Below are positions 1 through 13,322 of a stretch of DNA of 44,620 nt, piece by piece (the stretch's first letter is position 1; each line of letters starts with the position of its first letter). This DNA is from Nemertoderma westbladi. Taxonomy: Eukaryota > Animalia > Xenacoelomorpha. Below the pieces are notes generated by a model. It worked only from the letters and a program-made list of their open reading frames with translations, was not told the origin of the DNA and did no database searches. Made by a program: the position numbers and the translations under genes. The stretch is taken from the NCBI GenBank assembly GCA_032718475.1, contig JAUCBJ010006269.1:1-44620 (forward strand). The letters are read 5' to 3'.

Positions 1-170
1 CCACCCCTACCTTCGCACCTTCGAGTAGTCAGCTATCGAAAGAGGAGCCCTCGGGTCGCCTCCGGCTTCGGTCGACTGTTTGCTTGCTTGATAATTATGA
101 ACAGCATAAAAGTTAAACATGAAAGTTACACGGTTATTGTTCAGAATAATTTGTTTCAAATTCCGCTCAC

Positions 171-308
171 CTTTATAGTAATTTGGCGCGTTCTTCACAA
201 CGACATGTAACAATTTATCCACAATATCATCTATATCAGTTACTAACGCAGCTAAGGAACTGGCTACCTTCGCGTCATTCACCTTGTCATAAATCCCAGA
301 AAGTTCTC
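171..308 (-). CDS. Exon 2 of C16orf89/UPF0764 (DUF4735)-like secreted protein; the gene is expected to continue beyond this exon
   Basis: Acceptor ttttcacgtag|GA and donor AAAG|gtgagc; phase 1 joins exon 1 in frame. Translates (G)ELSGIYDKVNDAKVASSLAALVTDIDDIVDKLLHVVVKNAPNYYK, resembling the C16orf89 segment ...RSLHYLKLSDPKY as I recall it. Confidence 0.65.
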
Positions 309-1737
309 CTACGTGAAAATAATAATACGGTTCAAACGAAAACAGTAAAGATTACTTTCGTGAATATATTATTTTTGTTAGGAATTGCATATCATTTAAT
401 ATGATATGCATTAAATAAGTTGAATATTTAGTAATTCATGGCATATCGTTTCAATCTCGAGTTATTGAAAGGGGTTGTTTGTTGTTTTCATATTTATAAA
501 AATATAATATACTGACGAGGTTTTATTGAGCGACTCACACTAAGTGGTAAGTCGTTAGACAGGTCAGGCTGTTACCATCCTTTTACTCAGCACTTTAGTA
601 CAGGTAGCCACTGGGAACGCCTAATGCACTCGATAAAAGAGTAACAGAGAGATGGGCTTTTATAGTACTAATTGTACTGTACAAAGTAGATTAATTGTAA
701 ACAATTAACTATTTATTACAAAGAAAACAAATATGCTTTCCGCTGACACTGAGGTCCAATAAAGGAAATAAGCTGTAATACGTAATTTTATTCCACGAAA
801 TTTCCTTTCACCTCGCCTTTACGCCTTTTAAACTTCCTATTACTCGCTGAACAATAGTCCTGCGTAGAAGAGGATATCACATTCGCCATATGTGTGGTGT
901 GTCTGGTAGCACCAAGAACAGACAGAATGTCGACTTGAGAGTGAGGAAAAAGTGGTGCGCAGCCCTCCCTTAAATACCTTCTCAAGAAGGGATCTATTTG
1001 GGTAGCCAAGGAGACTGCTGAGTGGCCAGTTAGTTTGTCACTTTTTGATCCAAAAGGTGGGAACACTCTCGCTAGGGGTGTGTTACCAATAGAGTGCTGT
1101 AAAGATAGCAGATTACTTTTCGATCTGAAAGGGTGAAGCTTCCCTCTAGGGGCACATATAAAGTGTTAAAGAAAAACTGTTGAATTTAGCTGTTAGGTCC
1201 ATCGACAACCTGGCGATTATTTACAATGTTAATGGTTGAACTAACAAGTTATATATACAGTACGTACCGTTTAGTATAATTAACCTTTCCTGTTATAAAC
1301 TCGTTGTTCAGTGTAAACATAATTTATATCTAAAAATCCTCTATTTTCTCACTTAATTTTGTAGAAAACCATGCATTTGCTAAACACAATTATTACATTC
1401 TAAAGTTTAATTTTGTGATAGAAAATCGTTGTATTACTAAAGTTATTTTTAAAATGTGCAAAAAGCCAGCTCAGCTGCCACACCTCTGACCTTTAAGTAA
1501 AAAAAGAGATCTCCATGGCAAATTTGACTCACATGAAAAATTTTGGTTTATTGTTTTGGTTAGAAAATAACGCCACCGTAACCTGTTCCTTTCCCTTAAC
1601 GTTTTAAATTAAATTAAGAATTTAAACCCACTAAACTCATATTTGGTGTTCGCAGTCATTTTAAGTGCCATTAACTCCTTCAATATATATTGTGGGTTTT
1701 GTTCTTGGCAATTTAATTCTGATCAACTCCAACTTAC

Positions 1738-1942
1738 CTTGTGCTGCCCGTAGTCCTATGATACCATCCACAATAAGTTGCTCTCCATGATTATTTGTAT
1801 ATTGTACCAGCCTATCAAGGGCATCAATAACAATGGCCGCGAGATTATTATCTACGGGGGCATAGCCTTCCTGAGATAAACAACGATTACTTGCTAACAA
1901 TAGCAAAAACCACCATACTATCTTAGTCAATAATATTACCAT
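1738..1942 (-). CDS. Exon 1 of C16orf89/UPF0764-like secreted protein
   Basis: ATG at 1942, hydrophobic signal peptide (MVILLTKIVWWFLLLLASNRCLS), then IVIDALDRLVQY...LIVDGIIGLRAAQG, resembling C16orf89 LILSALER...INLDGMVGVRV. Strong donor CAAG|gtaagt. Confidence 0.7.
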
Positions 1943-2284
1943 ATCAACAATTAATTAGAAGTTTTCTAATTATCACCTTTACCTAAACTTCAATTAAAAC
2001 TGCAGTATATTTCTTAGACAATGATAATTATTAGTTGCTATAAGATAGGCTTATTAGAACAGGAAATTTAATGACTTGAATGTTTATAGCAGGTTTATTA
2101 CATTAATGGGTATTAATAATAACTATTTATTGCATTGTAAATAATAATGTTGCAGTATTATATTCATCGAATTTAATGTAGTGAGTATCCTATAGTGACA
2201 CAAAAATAGCAAACCTGCATACAGTTTCTTTCACACTTAACTATTCTGAAATCGAATCTGGAAGAATCTGGAAAGGGAACTGCA

Positions 2285-2346
2285 GGTGTAGAACCCACGA
2301 CCTTTGGAGTGGTGTGAATGCAAGACAATGGATTCAACCGCTACAA
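2285..2346 (-). mobile_element. Degenerate tRNA-derived SINE head
   Basis: Minus strand TGTAGCGG...TTCACA...GGTCGTGGGTTCTAC shares sequence with the copy at 37192-37259; A and B boxes are degenerate. Confidence 0.4.
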
Positions 2347-2582
2347 TGCACAGAAAATATCGAATATACTTGTATTAGAACACGATTCGTAGAAAATGTC
2401 CAAATAATACTTACACTTTATACTGTTGTTACGTTCAATATGCTCAAAGTAACAATAAACACAATATTGCAATGTTCTAGATACGGACAAGGGCGAGATC
2501 GCCCAAAGGTCCGCGTCTACTAACGCAGGTGCTGTCTCCTTGAATGGCACTTAACAATCTTACTAACAGAAAACTTCAACGG

Positions 2583-2645
2583 AATGTGGGGATTGAACTA
2601 GGGACCTAGAGATTCCAAGTACCACGCCCTACCAAGTGATCCACT
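2583..2645 (-). mobile_element. Degenerate tRNA-like/SINE remnant
   Basis: Minus strand GTGGATCACTTGGTAGG...AGGTCCCTAGTTCAATCCCC has A-box-like and B-box-like motifs at tRNA spacing. Confidence 0.35.
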
Positions 2646-3827
2646 TCGCGCCATATGAAGCCTTAAAACCAAAACCCAAGTGGAAATTAATATCAACAAC
2701 ACCAACAACAACAACGGAGTGAATACAAGAGGTCTCGCTACGCGGACCTACTAACGTAAGTGAGGGCATCGCACACACCACTACGCTAAGGCTCACCTGG
2801 AATAAGTGACTCGCCCCACACTCACACATGAATGGCAGCCATATTTCAATGGATACTTAATGTAAATTTCTGGAGTACATAACCATTAAAAACACGGCAG
2901 ATACTATTACTATACAATTTCCTTCTATCATTACTCTTCAACTAACTAATCAGAATTGAGATGAAAATATGTTTTGTCGAAATCCTTAAAAAATCACGTT
3001 ATTGTGATGTATAGAGTGTAAAATGATGTTCCACATAAATGTTTTTTCGTACTTTTTAGACCACATTATTGGCCAGTTATGACGAAAACGATCGGAGAAT
3101 ATCTCCCGGTATTACAGTACCACTAGTATTACACGGGACTGTTACTACAAATAAAGGCTAAACTGAATCTTTGTCCTATAATAATGCAATTAGAAAGGAA
3201 AACCACAACAGTTAGTTTAGGCTCATCGCGTAACTTCGCTTTCATATAAAGTGAAATAAAATGAAACCGGATATTTAAAAGGAAGGTGATGAATGGGGCT
3301 CCCTGTTTCATTGGCCGAAAGAAGCTGTAAACAGCCACACACTGATTGCATTATCAATCAGTATTTAGCCGGCGGTTAAAAGATCGTTAGGCAGTCCGCC
3401 CCCGCCGAGAAAACCAACAGTTTAATCCCAATAGCGCCTAAAGTCAGCCACAAAGGTTAAAAGGCGAGCAAAAGTATACTCATTAGAGGAAGGCAATGGT
3501 TTCCATTACATCCACCGGTAGTGTATTCTCTCATTCAAACCACAGTCTGAATGTTAATTAAGTCAGGAATGAATTTTAATCAAATCCCTGTGAGAGCACT
3601 TTTGAATCGTACTTTATTGCGACTTGCCAGAGTACATGAGATAAAATAAGTCTGTCCAAATTACTTTCAGTTTCGAGCGGTTGTTTAAAATGTCTTCAAA
3701 ACCGCCTATTTCGCCACCAGGTACGTCCTGAAACAAGTTTGACACGATAATTGCGTAATGGACTGATCTCAATGATATCTCCAACTTTGTTCCAACTTTG
3801 ATCTTGTATTCGTACTTCAGTTCCAAT

Positions 3828-4836
3828 TCATAATGGTTGGAGGTCTCTCGCACTTGCGTTATAAAGGGTTACGGTTTTGTTTATTGTTTCATCAGCAATT
3901 TTCCACCACTTGGGGTCAAACGCTGTATGGTGTATTGGAACCTTGGAACCTATATGACGACCGAACACAATTTCGTTAGGCGATATCCCAGTGTCAGTTC
4001 GTGGGGTGTTACGGAGTTCCATTAACCCCACTTGGAATTCCTCGGCGTTTATATCAGGTTTATCCATTTTTGCTAGCATATTTTTAATTTGTTTCACATA
4101 TATGGTGAACTTGTAGTTAATTCTACGGGATCTACGCCCCATCGGTTTAGCAGTTGTCAGAAACTTGCTGCGTTATATTGGGGCCCATTGTCACTTCGGA
4201 ATTTAGTTGGTATTCCCAGTTCGACAAAGAATTTCCTGACTACAAATCCAACTTGCTGGGATGATGGGTCGTGTTGCCACTGAGCAACTAATGGATAGCA
4301 TTAGTTGCATTAATGTTACTGACGCTCACTGAAGTCCCCGTGTTTGGGTCGTCTACTGGTGACCGACTGAGACAATCTGCTATGAGATTTTTTTTTCCTG
4401 GTTGCCATTTAATAGTAAACTGATATTTAGATTGTAGAGTTGCTTTGAAACGTTGCAGTTTAGCGTTGTCTACGTGGTTTAACGTATAACTATTAGATAT
4501 GGGTAAAAGTGGTCTATGGTCTGTTATAACTACGAATGGGGGTAGTCCGGCAAGGTAGATATGGCATTCAGAGATCGCATATTTAATTGCTAATGCCTCG
4601 AGTACGAGTTCTATTACCACCCATTGTAAGGTAAGAAATCGACTACCACATGTTAAACCGCCATTCGTTGTTGTCCCTTTGTAATAGGCTGTACCCGAGT
4701 GTAGATGGCTGGCGTCGGTTTCCAGCCGAGTTTCGCGGGAGGGATCGAATATCACCAGTATCTGAGGTTTACTTAATTTGTCTTTCGTATTATTAAATGC
4801 CTCGGTATGGTTTGCATGGATATTCGGTATGGACAA
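3828..4836 (-). mobile_element. Decayed Ty3/gypsy LTR retrotransposon pol fragment (RNase H and integrase)
   Basis: RNase H motifs LETDAS, LEALAI, VITDHRPL, WQPGKKNLIADCLSR; integrase motifs GIPTKFRSDNGPQY (about 4175-4235) and LRNTP..GISPNEIVFGR. Frameshifts and internal deletions; no LTRs found. Confidence 0.9.
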
Positions 4837-4847
4837 TTGGGACTACC

Positions 4848-5243
4848 CACGACTTACTTCCACGTTCGTACAACTTCATAACATGTTCACAAGACTTACT
4901 AACTCGTTCGCCAGACTTACTAACATGTTGCAACGACTTTCTAACTCGTTCGCTAGACTTACTAACTCGTTCACTGCACTACAAACTCGTTCGCACGACT
5001 TACTAACACGTTGCTACGACTTTCAAACTCATTCGACAGACTTACTAACTCGTCCACTGGACTACTAACTCGTTCACACGACTTACTAACATGTTGCTAC
5101 GACTTTCAAACTCGTTCGTCAGACTTACTAACTCGTCCACTGGACTACTAACTCGTTCACACGACTTACTAACATGTTGCTACGACTTTCTAACTCGTTG
5201 GTACAATTTACTAACTTGTTCGCCAGACTTACTAACTCGTCCA
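4848..5243 (+). repeat. 21-bp tandem array (consensus about GACTTACTAACTCGTTCGCCA), about 19 diverged copies
   Basis: Visible 21-nt periodicity; lies between the gypsy fragment and the 71-bp satellite. Confidence 0.9.
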
Positions 5244-8200
5244 CAACACCTAACGGTGGGTTACCCTTACACTCTCTCTCATTGACGCTAGTACCCCCCG
5301 CAGCACCCAACCAAACACCTAACGGTGGGTTACCCTGACACCCTCTCTTATTGACGTTAGTATCCCCCCCCCCCCCAGCACCCAACCCAACACCTAACGG
5401 TGGGTTACCCTTACACCCTCTCTCATTGACGCTAGTATCCCCCGCAGCACCCAACCAAACACCTAACGGTGGGTTACCCTGACACCCTCTCTTATTGACG
5501 TTAGTATCCCCCCCCCCAGCACCCAACCCAACACCTAACGGTGGGTTACCCTTACACCCTCACTCATTGATGCTTAGTATCCCCTCCCCCTCCCAGCACC
5601 CAACCAACCACCTAACGATGGGTTACACTTACACCCTCTATCATTGACGACGCTAGTACCCACCCCCCCCCCCCCCCAGCACCCAACCCAACACCAAACG
5701 GTTGGTCACCCTTACACCCTCTCTCATTGACGCTAGTATCCCCTACCCAGCACCCAACCCAACACCTAACGGTAGGTTACCCTTACACCCTCTCTCATTG
5801 AAGCTAGTATCCCCCCCCCCCAGCACCCAACCCACCACCTAACGGTGGGTTACCCTTACACCCTCTCTCATTGACGCTAGTATCCCCTCCCCAGCACCCA
5901 ACCCACCACCTAACGGTGGGTTACCCTTACACCCTCTCTCATTGACGCTAGTATCCCCCCCCCCAGCACCCAACCCACCACCTAACGGTGGGTTACCCTT
6001 ACACCCTCTCTCATTGAAGCTAGTATCCCCCCCCCCCCCAGCACCCAACCCACCACCTAACGGTGGGTTACCCTTACACCCTCTCTCATTGAAGCTAGTA
6101 TCCCCCCCCCCCCCAGCACCCAACCCACCACCTAACGGTGGGTTACTCTTACACCCTCTCTCATTGACGCTAGTATCCCCTCCCCAGCACCCAACCCACC
6201 ACCTAACGGTGGGTTACCCTTACACCCTCTCTCATTGACGCTAGTATCCCCCCCCCCCCCCAGCACCCAACCCACCACCTAACGGTAGGTTACCCTTACA
6301 CCCTCTCTCATTGACGCTAGTATCCCCTACCCAGCACCCAACCCACCACCTAACGGTGGGTTACCCTTACACCCTCTCTCATTGACGCTAGTATCCCCTA
6401 CCCAGCACCCAACCCACCACCTAACGGTGGGTTACCCTTACACCCTCTCTCATTGACGCTAGTATCCCCTACCCAGCACCCAACCCACCACCTAACGGTG
6501 GGTTACCCTTACACCCTCTCTCATTGACGCTAGTATCCCCTCCCCAGCACCCAACCCACCACCTAACGGTGGGTTACCCTTACACCCTCTCTCATTGACG
6601 CTAGTATCCCCTACCCAGCACCCAACCCACCACCTAACGGTGGGTTACCCCTACACCCTCTCTCATTGACGCTAGTATCCCCTACCCAGCACCCAACCCA
6701 CCACCTAACGGTGGGTTACCCTTACACCCTCTCTCATTGACGCTAGTATCCCCTCCCCAGCACCCAACCCACCACCTAACGGTGGGTTACCCTTACACCC
6801 TCTCTCATTGACCCTAGTATCCCCTCCTCAGCACCCAACCCACCACCTAACGGTGGGTTACCCTTACACCCTCTCTCATTGACCCTAGTATCCCCTACCC
6901 AGCACCCAACCCAACACCTAACGGTGGGTTACCCTTACACCCTCTCTCATTGACCCTAGTATCCCCTCCTCAGCACCCAACCCACCACCTAACGGTGGGT
7001 TACCCTTACACCCTCTCTCATTGACGCTAGTATCCCCTCCCCAGCACCCAACCCACCACCTAACGGTGGGTTACCCTTACACCCTCTCTCATTGACCCTA
7101 GTATCCCCTACCCAGCACCCAACCCACCACCTAACGGTGGGTTACCCTTACACCCTCTCTCATTGACGCTAGTATCCCCCCCCCCCCCAGCACCCAACCC
7201 ACCACCTAACGGTGGGTTACCCTTACACCCTCTTTCATTGACGCTAGTATCCCCTCCCCAGCACCCAACCCAAAACCTAACGGTGGGTTACCCTTACACC
7301 CTCTCTCATTGACGCTAGTATCCCCTACCCAGCACCCAACCCAACACCTAACGCTGGGTTACCCTTACACCCTCTCTCATTGACGCTAGTATCCCCTCCC
7401 CAGCACCCAACCCACCACCTAACGCTGGGTTACCCTTACACCCTCTCTCATTGACGCTAGTATCCCCTCCCCAGCACCCAACCCAAAACCTAACGGTGGG
7501 TTACCCTTACACCCTCTCTCATTGACGCTAGTATCCCCCCCCCCCCCCCAGCACCCAACCCACCACCTAACGGTAGGTTACCCTTACACCCTCTCTCATT
7601 GACGCTAGTATCCCCTACCCAGCACCCAACCCACCACCTAACGGTGGGTTACCCTTACACCCTCTCTCATTGACGCTAGTATCCCCTACCCAGCACCCAA
7701 CCCACCACCTAACGGTGGGTTACCCTTACACCCTCTCTCATTGACGCTAGTATCCCCTACCCAGCACCCAACCCAACACCTAACGCTGGGTTACCCTTAC
7801 ACCCTCTCTCATTGACGCTAGTATCCCCTCCCGAGCACCCAACCCACCACCTAACGGTGGGTTACCCTTACACCCTCTCTCATTGACGCTAGTATCCCCC
7901 CCCAGCACTCAACCCACCACCTAACGGTGGGTTACCCTTACACCCTCTCTCATTGACGCTAGTATCCCCTACCCAGCACCCAACCCACCACCTAACGATG
8001 GGTTACCCCTACACCCTCTCTCATTGACGCTAGTATCCCCTACCCAGCACCCAACCCACCACCTAACGGTGGGTTACCCTTACACCCTCTCTCATTGACG
8101 CTAGTATCCCCTCCCCAGCACCCAACCCACCACCTAACGGTGGGTTACCTTTACACCCTCTCTCATTGACCCTAGTATCCCCTCCTCAGCACCCAACCCA

Positions 8201-11200
8201 CCACCTAACGGTGGGTTACCCTTACACCCTCTCTCATTGACCCTAGTATCCCCTACCCAGCACCCAACCCAACACCTAACGGTGGGTTACCCTTACACCC
8301 TCTCTCATTGACCCTAGTATCCCCTCCTCAGCACCCAACTCACCACCTAACGGTGGGTTACCCTTACACCCTCTCTCATTGACGCTAGTATCCCCTCCTC
8401 AGCACCCAACCCACCACCTAACGGTGGGTTACCCTTACACCCTCTCTCATTGACGCTAGTATCCCCCCCCCCCCCCAGCACCCAACCCACCACCTAACGG
8501 TGGGTTACCCTTACACCCTCTCTCATTGACGCTAGTATCCCCTCCCCAGCACCCAACCCACCACCTAACGGTGGGTTACCCTTACACCCTCTCTCATTGA
8601 CGCTAGTATCCCCTCCCCAGCACCCAACCCACCACCTAACGGTGGGTTACCCTTACACCCTCTCTCATTGACGCTAGTATCCCCTCCCCAGCACCCAACC
8701 CACCACCTAACGGTGGGTTACCCTTACACCCTCTCTCATTGACGCTAGTATCCCCTCCCCAGCACCCAACCCACCACCTAACGGTGGGTTACCCTTACAC
8801 CCTCTCTCATTGACGCTAGTATCCCCTCCCCAGCACCCAACCCACCACCTAACGGTGGGTTACCCTTACACCCTCTCTCATTGACCCTAGTATCCCCTCC
8901 TCAGCACCCAACCCACCACCTAACGGTGGGTTACCCTTACACCCTCTCTCATTGACGCTAGTATCCCCTCCCCAGCACCCAACCCACCACCTAACGGTGG
9001 GTTACCCTTACACCCTCTCTCATTGACGCTAGTATCCCCTCCCCAGCACCCAACCCACCACCTAACGGTGGGTTACCCTTACACCCTCTCTCATTGACGC
9101 TAGTATCCCCTCCCGAGCACCCAACCCACCACCTAACGGTGGGTTACCCTTACACCCTCTCTCATTGACGCTAGTATCCCCCCCCCCCCAGCACCCAACC
9201 CACCACCTAACGGTGGGTTACCCTTACACCCTCTCTCATTGACGATAGTATCCCCCCCAGCACCCAACCCACCACCTAACGGTGGGTTACCCTTACACCC
9301 TCTCTCATTGACGCTAGTAACCCCTCCCCAGCACCCAACCGACCACCTAACGGTGGGTTAGCCTTTCACCCTCTCTCATTGACGCTAGTATCCCCTCCTC
9401 AGCACCCAACCCACCACCTAACGGTGGGTTACCCTTACACCCTCTCTCATTGACGCTAGTATCCCCTCCCCAGCACCCAACCCACCACCTAACGGTGGGT
9501 TAGCCTTACACCCTCTCTCATTGACGCTAGTATCCCCTCCCCAGCACCCAACCCACCACCTAACGGTGGGTTACCCTTACACCCTCTCTCATTGACGCTA
9601 GTATCCCCTCCCCAGCACCCAACCCACCACCTAACGGTGGGTTACCCTTACACCCTCTCTCATTGACCCTAGTATCCCCTCCTCAGCACCCAACCCACCA
9701 CCTAACGGTGGGTTACCCTTACACCCTCTCTCATTGACGCTAGTAACCCCTCCCCAGCACCCAACCGACCACCTAACGGTGGGTTAGCCTTACACCCTCT
9801 CTCATTGACGCTAGTATCCCCTCCCCAGCACCCAACCCACCACCTAACGGTGGGTTACCCTTACACCCTCTCTCATTGACCCTAGTATCCCCTCCTCAGC
9901 ACCCAACCCACCACCTAACGGTGGGTTACCCTTACACCCTCTCTCATTGACGCTAGTAACCCCTCCCCAGCACCCAACCGACCACCTAACGGTGGGTTAG
10001 CCTTACACCCTCTCTCATTGACGCTAGTATCCCCTCCCCAGCACCCAACCCACCACCTAACGGTGGGTTACCCTTACACCCTCTCTCATTGACGCTAGTA
10101 ACCCCTCCCCAGCACCCAACCGACCACCTAACGGTGGGTTAGCCTTACACCCTCTCTCATTGACGCTAGTATCCCCTCCCCAGCACCCAACCCACCACCT
10201 AACGGTGGGTTACCCTTACACCCTCTCTCATTGACCCTAGTATCCCCTCCTCAGCACCCAACCCACCACCTAACGGTGGGTTACCCTTACACCCTCTCTC
10301 ATTGACCCTAGTATCCCCTCCTCAGCACCCAACCCACCACCTAACGGTGGGTTACCCTTACACCCTCTCTCATTGACGCTAGTAACCCCTCCCCAGCACC
10401 CAACCGACCACCTAACGGTGGGTTAGCCTTACACCCTCTCTCATTGACGCTAGTATCCCCTCCTCAGCACCCAACCGACCACCTAACGGTGGGTTACCCT
10501 TACACCCTCTCTCATTGACGCTAGTATCCCCTCCCCAGCACCCAACCCACCACCTAACGGTGGGTTACCCTTACACCCTCTCTCATTGACGCTAGTATCC
10601 CCTCCTCAGCACCCAACCCACCACCTAACGGTGGGTTACCCTTACACCCTCTCTCATTGACCCTAGTATCCCCTCCTCAGCACCCAACCCACCACCTAAC
10701 GGTGGGTTACCCTTACACCCTCTCTCATTGACGCTAGTAACCCCTCCCCAGCACCCAACCGACCACCTAACGGTGGGTTAGCCTTACACCCTCTCTCATT
10801 GACGCTAGTATCCCCTCCCCAGCACCCAACCCACCACCTAACGGTGGGTTACCCTTACACCCTCTCTCATTGACCCTAGTATCCCCTCCTCAGCACCCAA
10901 CCCACCACCTAACGGTGGGTTACCCTTACACCCTCTCTCATTGACGCTAGTATCCCCTCCCCAGCACCCAACCCACCACCTAACGGTGGGTTACCCTTAC
11001 ACCCTCTCTCATTGACCCTAGTATCCTCTCCTCAGCACCCAACCCACCACCTAACGGTGGGTTACCCTTACAACCTCTCTCATTGACGCTAGTAACCCCT
11101 CCCCAGCACCCAACCGACCACCTAACGGTGGGTTACCCTTACACCCTCTCTCATTGACGCTAGTATCCCCTCCCCAGCACCCAACCCACCACCTAACGGT

Positions 11201-11942
11201 GGGTTACCCTTACACCCTCTCTCATTGACGCTAGTATCCCCTCCCCAGCACCCAACCCACCACCTAACGGAGGGTTACCCTTACACCCTCTCTCATTGAC
11301 GCTAGTATCCCCTACCCAGCACCCAACCCACCACCTAACGGTGGGTTACCCTTACACCCTCTCTCATTGACCCTAGTATCCCCTACCCAGCACCCTACCC
11401 ACCACCTAACGGTGGGTTACCCTTACACCCTCTCTCATTGACCCTAGTATCCCCTCCCCAGCACCCAACCCACAACCTAACGGTGGGTTACCCTTACACC
11501 CTCTCTCATTGACGCTAGTATCCCCTCCCCAGCACCCAACCCACCACCTAACGGTGGGTTACCCTTACACCCTCTCTCATTGACCCTAGTATCCCCTACC
11601 CAGCACCCAACCCAACACCTAACGCTGGGTTACCCTTACACCCTCTCTCATTGACGCTAGTATCCCCTCCCCAGCACCCAACCCACCACCTAACGGTGGG
11701 TTACCCTTACACCCTCTCTCATTGACCCTAGTATCCCCTCCCCAGCACCCAACCCACCACCCAACGGTGGGTTACCCTTACACCCTCTCTCATTGACACT
11801 AGTATCCCCTCCCCAGCACCCAACCCACCACCTAACGGTGGGTTACCCTTACACCCTCTCTCATTGACGCTAGTATCCCCTCCCCAGCACCCAACCCACC
11901 ACCTAACGGTGGGTTACCCTTACACCCTCTCTCATTGACCCT
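5244..11942 (+). repeat. 71-bp tandem satellite, about 93 copies
   Basis: Unit TCTCATTGACGCTAGTATCCCCTCCCCAGCACCCAACCCACCACCTAACGGTGGGTTACCCTTACACCCTC, near-identical copies with a variable poly-C tract. Confidence 0.98.
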
Positions 11943-13322
11943 CTCTCGTATCGCACCAAAGAAACAATGTATAATTTCGTTGTTTCCGTTATATTACTTT
12001 TGTTGAAATGCGCAGCACGCCATTTATTAGAATGTCAAGGAAAATTCTTCATATAAATAAATACAAATAGCAACAGAACCACCGCCACCAGTCGTGAAAT
12101 AAAATAAAGAAATCATATTAAAATTGAATTTCAAAGATTCTCAGCAAATAATATTGTGAAGTAACTTTACCACCATAAACATATATATAGGGTAAATTAT
12201 TGGCAAAGGCAGATGTAAGTAAATACAGTGATGAGTGCATTACCGGCGTTGCCAAAATCAACAGATGATACATTGAGTGAAGAATAATAAACGACTACAT
12301 AAATAGATAGTTACTGGGGAATTCTAATCGCAATCATAAACAGCAACAAATGGTACCGGTGGTCGGTAGAGGCCTACCATCATACGTACTACGCTTAAGC
12401 TACACCTTAGAATTTGCGATTGAATTTATTGTAAAATTAAATTTGCTACTTCTACTTCTACGTAATATGGTATAAGTAATGAATGAATGAAATCGTTTTC
12501 TCGTTAAATATGATTTTGTTTCAAATATTCAAATAATACAGAATGATATAGTATTTTTAGGAATCCAGCTCAACTATAGATGGTCCCAAAACGGCAAAAC
12601 AATTGTTGAATCATGAACATTCTTGTGTTATAGTTATTTCGTGAAATATCCATAAAAATAATTCACAAAAATATGGAAAAAATTAAAAGTTGGCTGATGC
12701 TGGACTATCAGGGGTTTTTTGCGCCCGGGCCGGGGGGGGGGGGGGGCGGGGTGAGCCCACTGGACCTCTACGTCCCCCACCCCACCCAACAAAATGTTAC
12801 ATAAAATTTAAGGAGTTAATTATTTAAAAAAAATAGGTCTATTTATAAAATAACAAATTTGTCAAAAGATCTTTCGCAGCTTGTATATGGTAACTGATAT
12901 TCTAAGAAGAATTTGTAATGCGACACGCAGGTTAGTAAATATATCTATTATCTCCATAAAGATATGATATGGTAATTGGATACACATTTACTAAATGAGG
13001 TTGAATAATCTCTAAATTTCCCGCGTTTTTATATATTTTCTATAGTGCTTAAATTTTGCACCTCCTGAACCCCCCCCCCCCCCCCCCCCCCCTAGCGCCG
13101 GTTCTGGACACTATTAGTAGTTTTGCACACCATGTGAACGCAAAATCGAGGCTCGCCCCATCTTCGGATCTGGCCCAGATATCATCTCTAAATAGGGCGC
13201 CTTGAATATTCATAAGATACGGCATCGCTCTGGAGTCATTCCAACCAAATGTAAACACTATATTTTTAAAGCAAAAATAAAATTGTTTTAGTAAATTAAG
13301 AGAAAATTAATGAACTAAGATA

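Noticed and set aside
512-545. Hammerhead core CTGACGAG
   Set aside because: No stem II followed by GAAA.
788-1066. Tyrosine-recombinase (Crypton-like) remnant or a coding exon
   Set aside because: Only a weak LTGHS resemblance; catalytic spacing is unconvincing, and exons 1 and 2 of the flanking gene join without it.
4848-5243. Functional TACTAAC branch points
   Set aside because: Part of a repeat unit, with no plus-strand intron identified here.
5244-11942. CRISPR array, or coding Gly/Pro-rich ORFs
   Set aside because: Units are contiguous with no unique spacers and no cas genes, in a eukaryotic context. The 71-bp period is not a multiple of 3, so the ORFs are repeat by-products.
12709-13106. 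Non-autonomous DNA transposon with G-rich and C-rich ends
   Set aside because: Apart from homopolymer runs there is no convincing terminal inverted repeat or target-site duplication.
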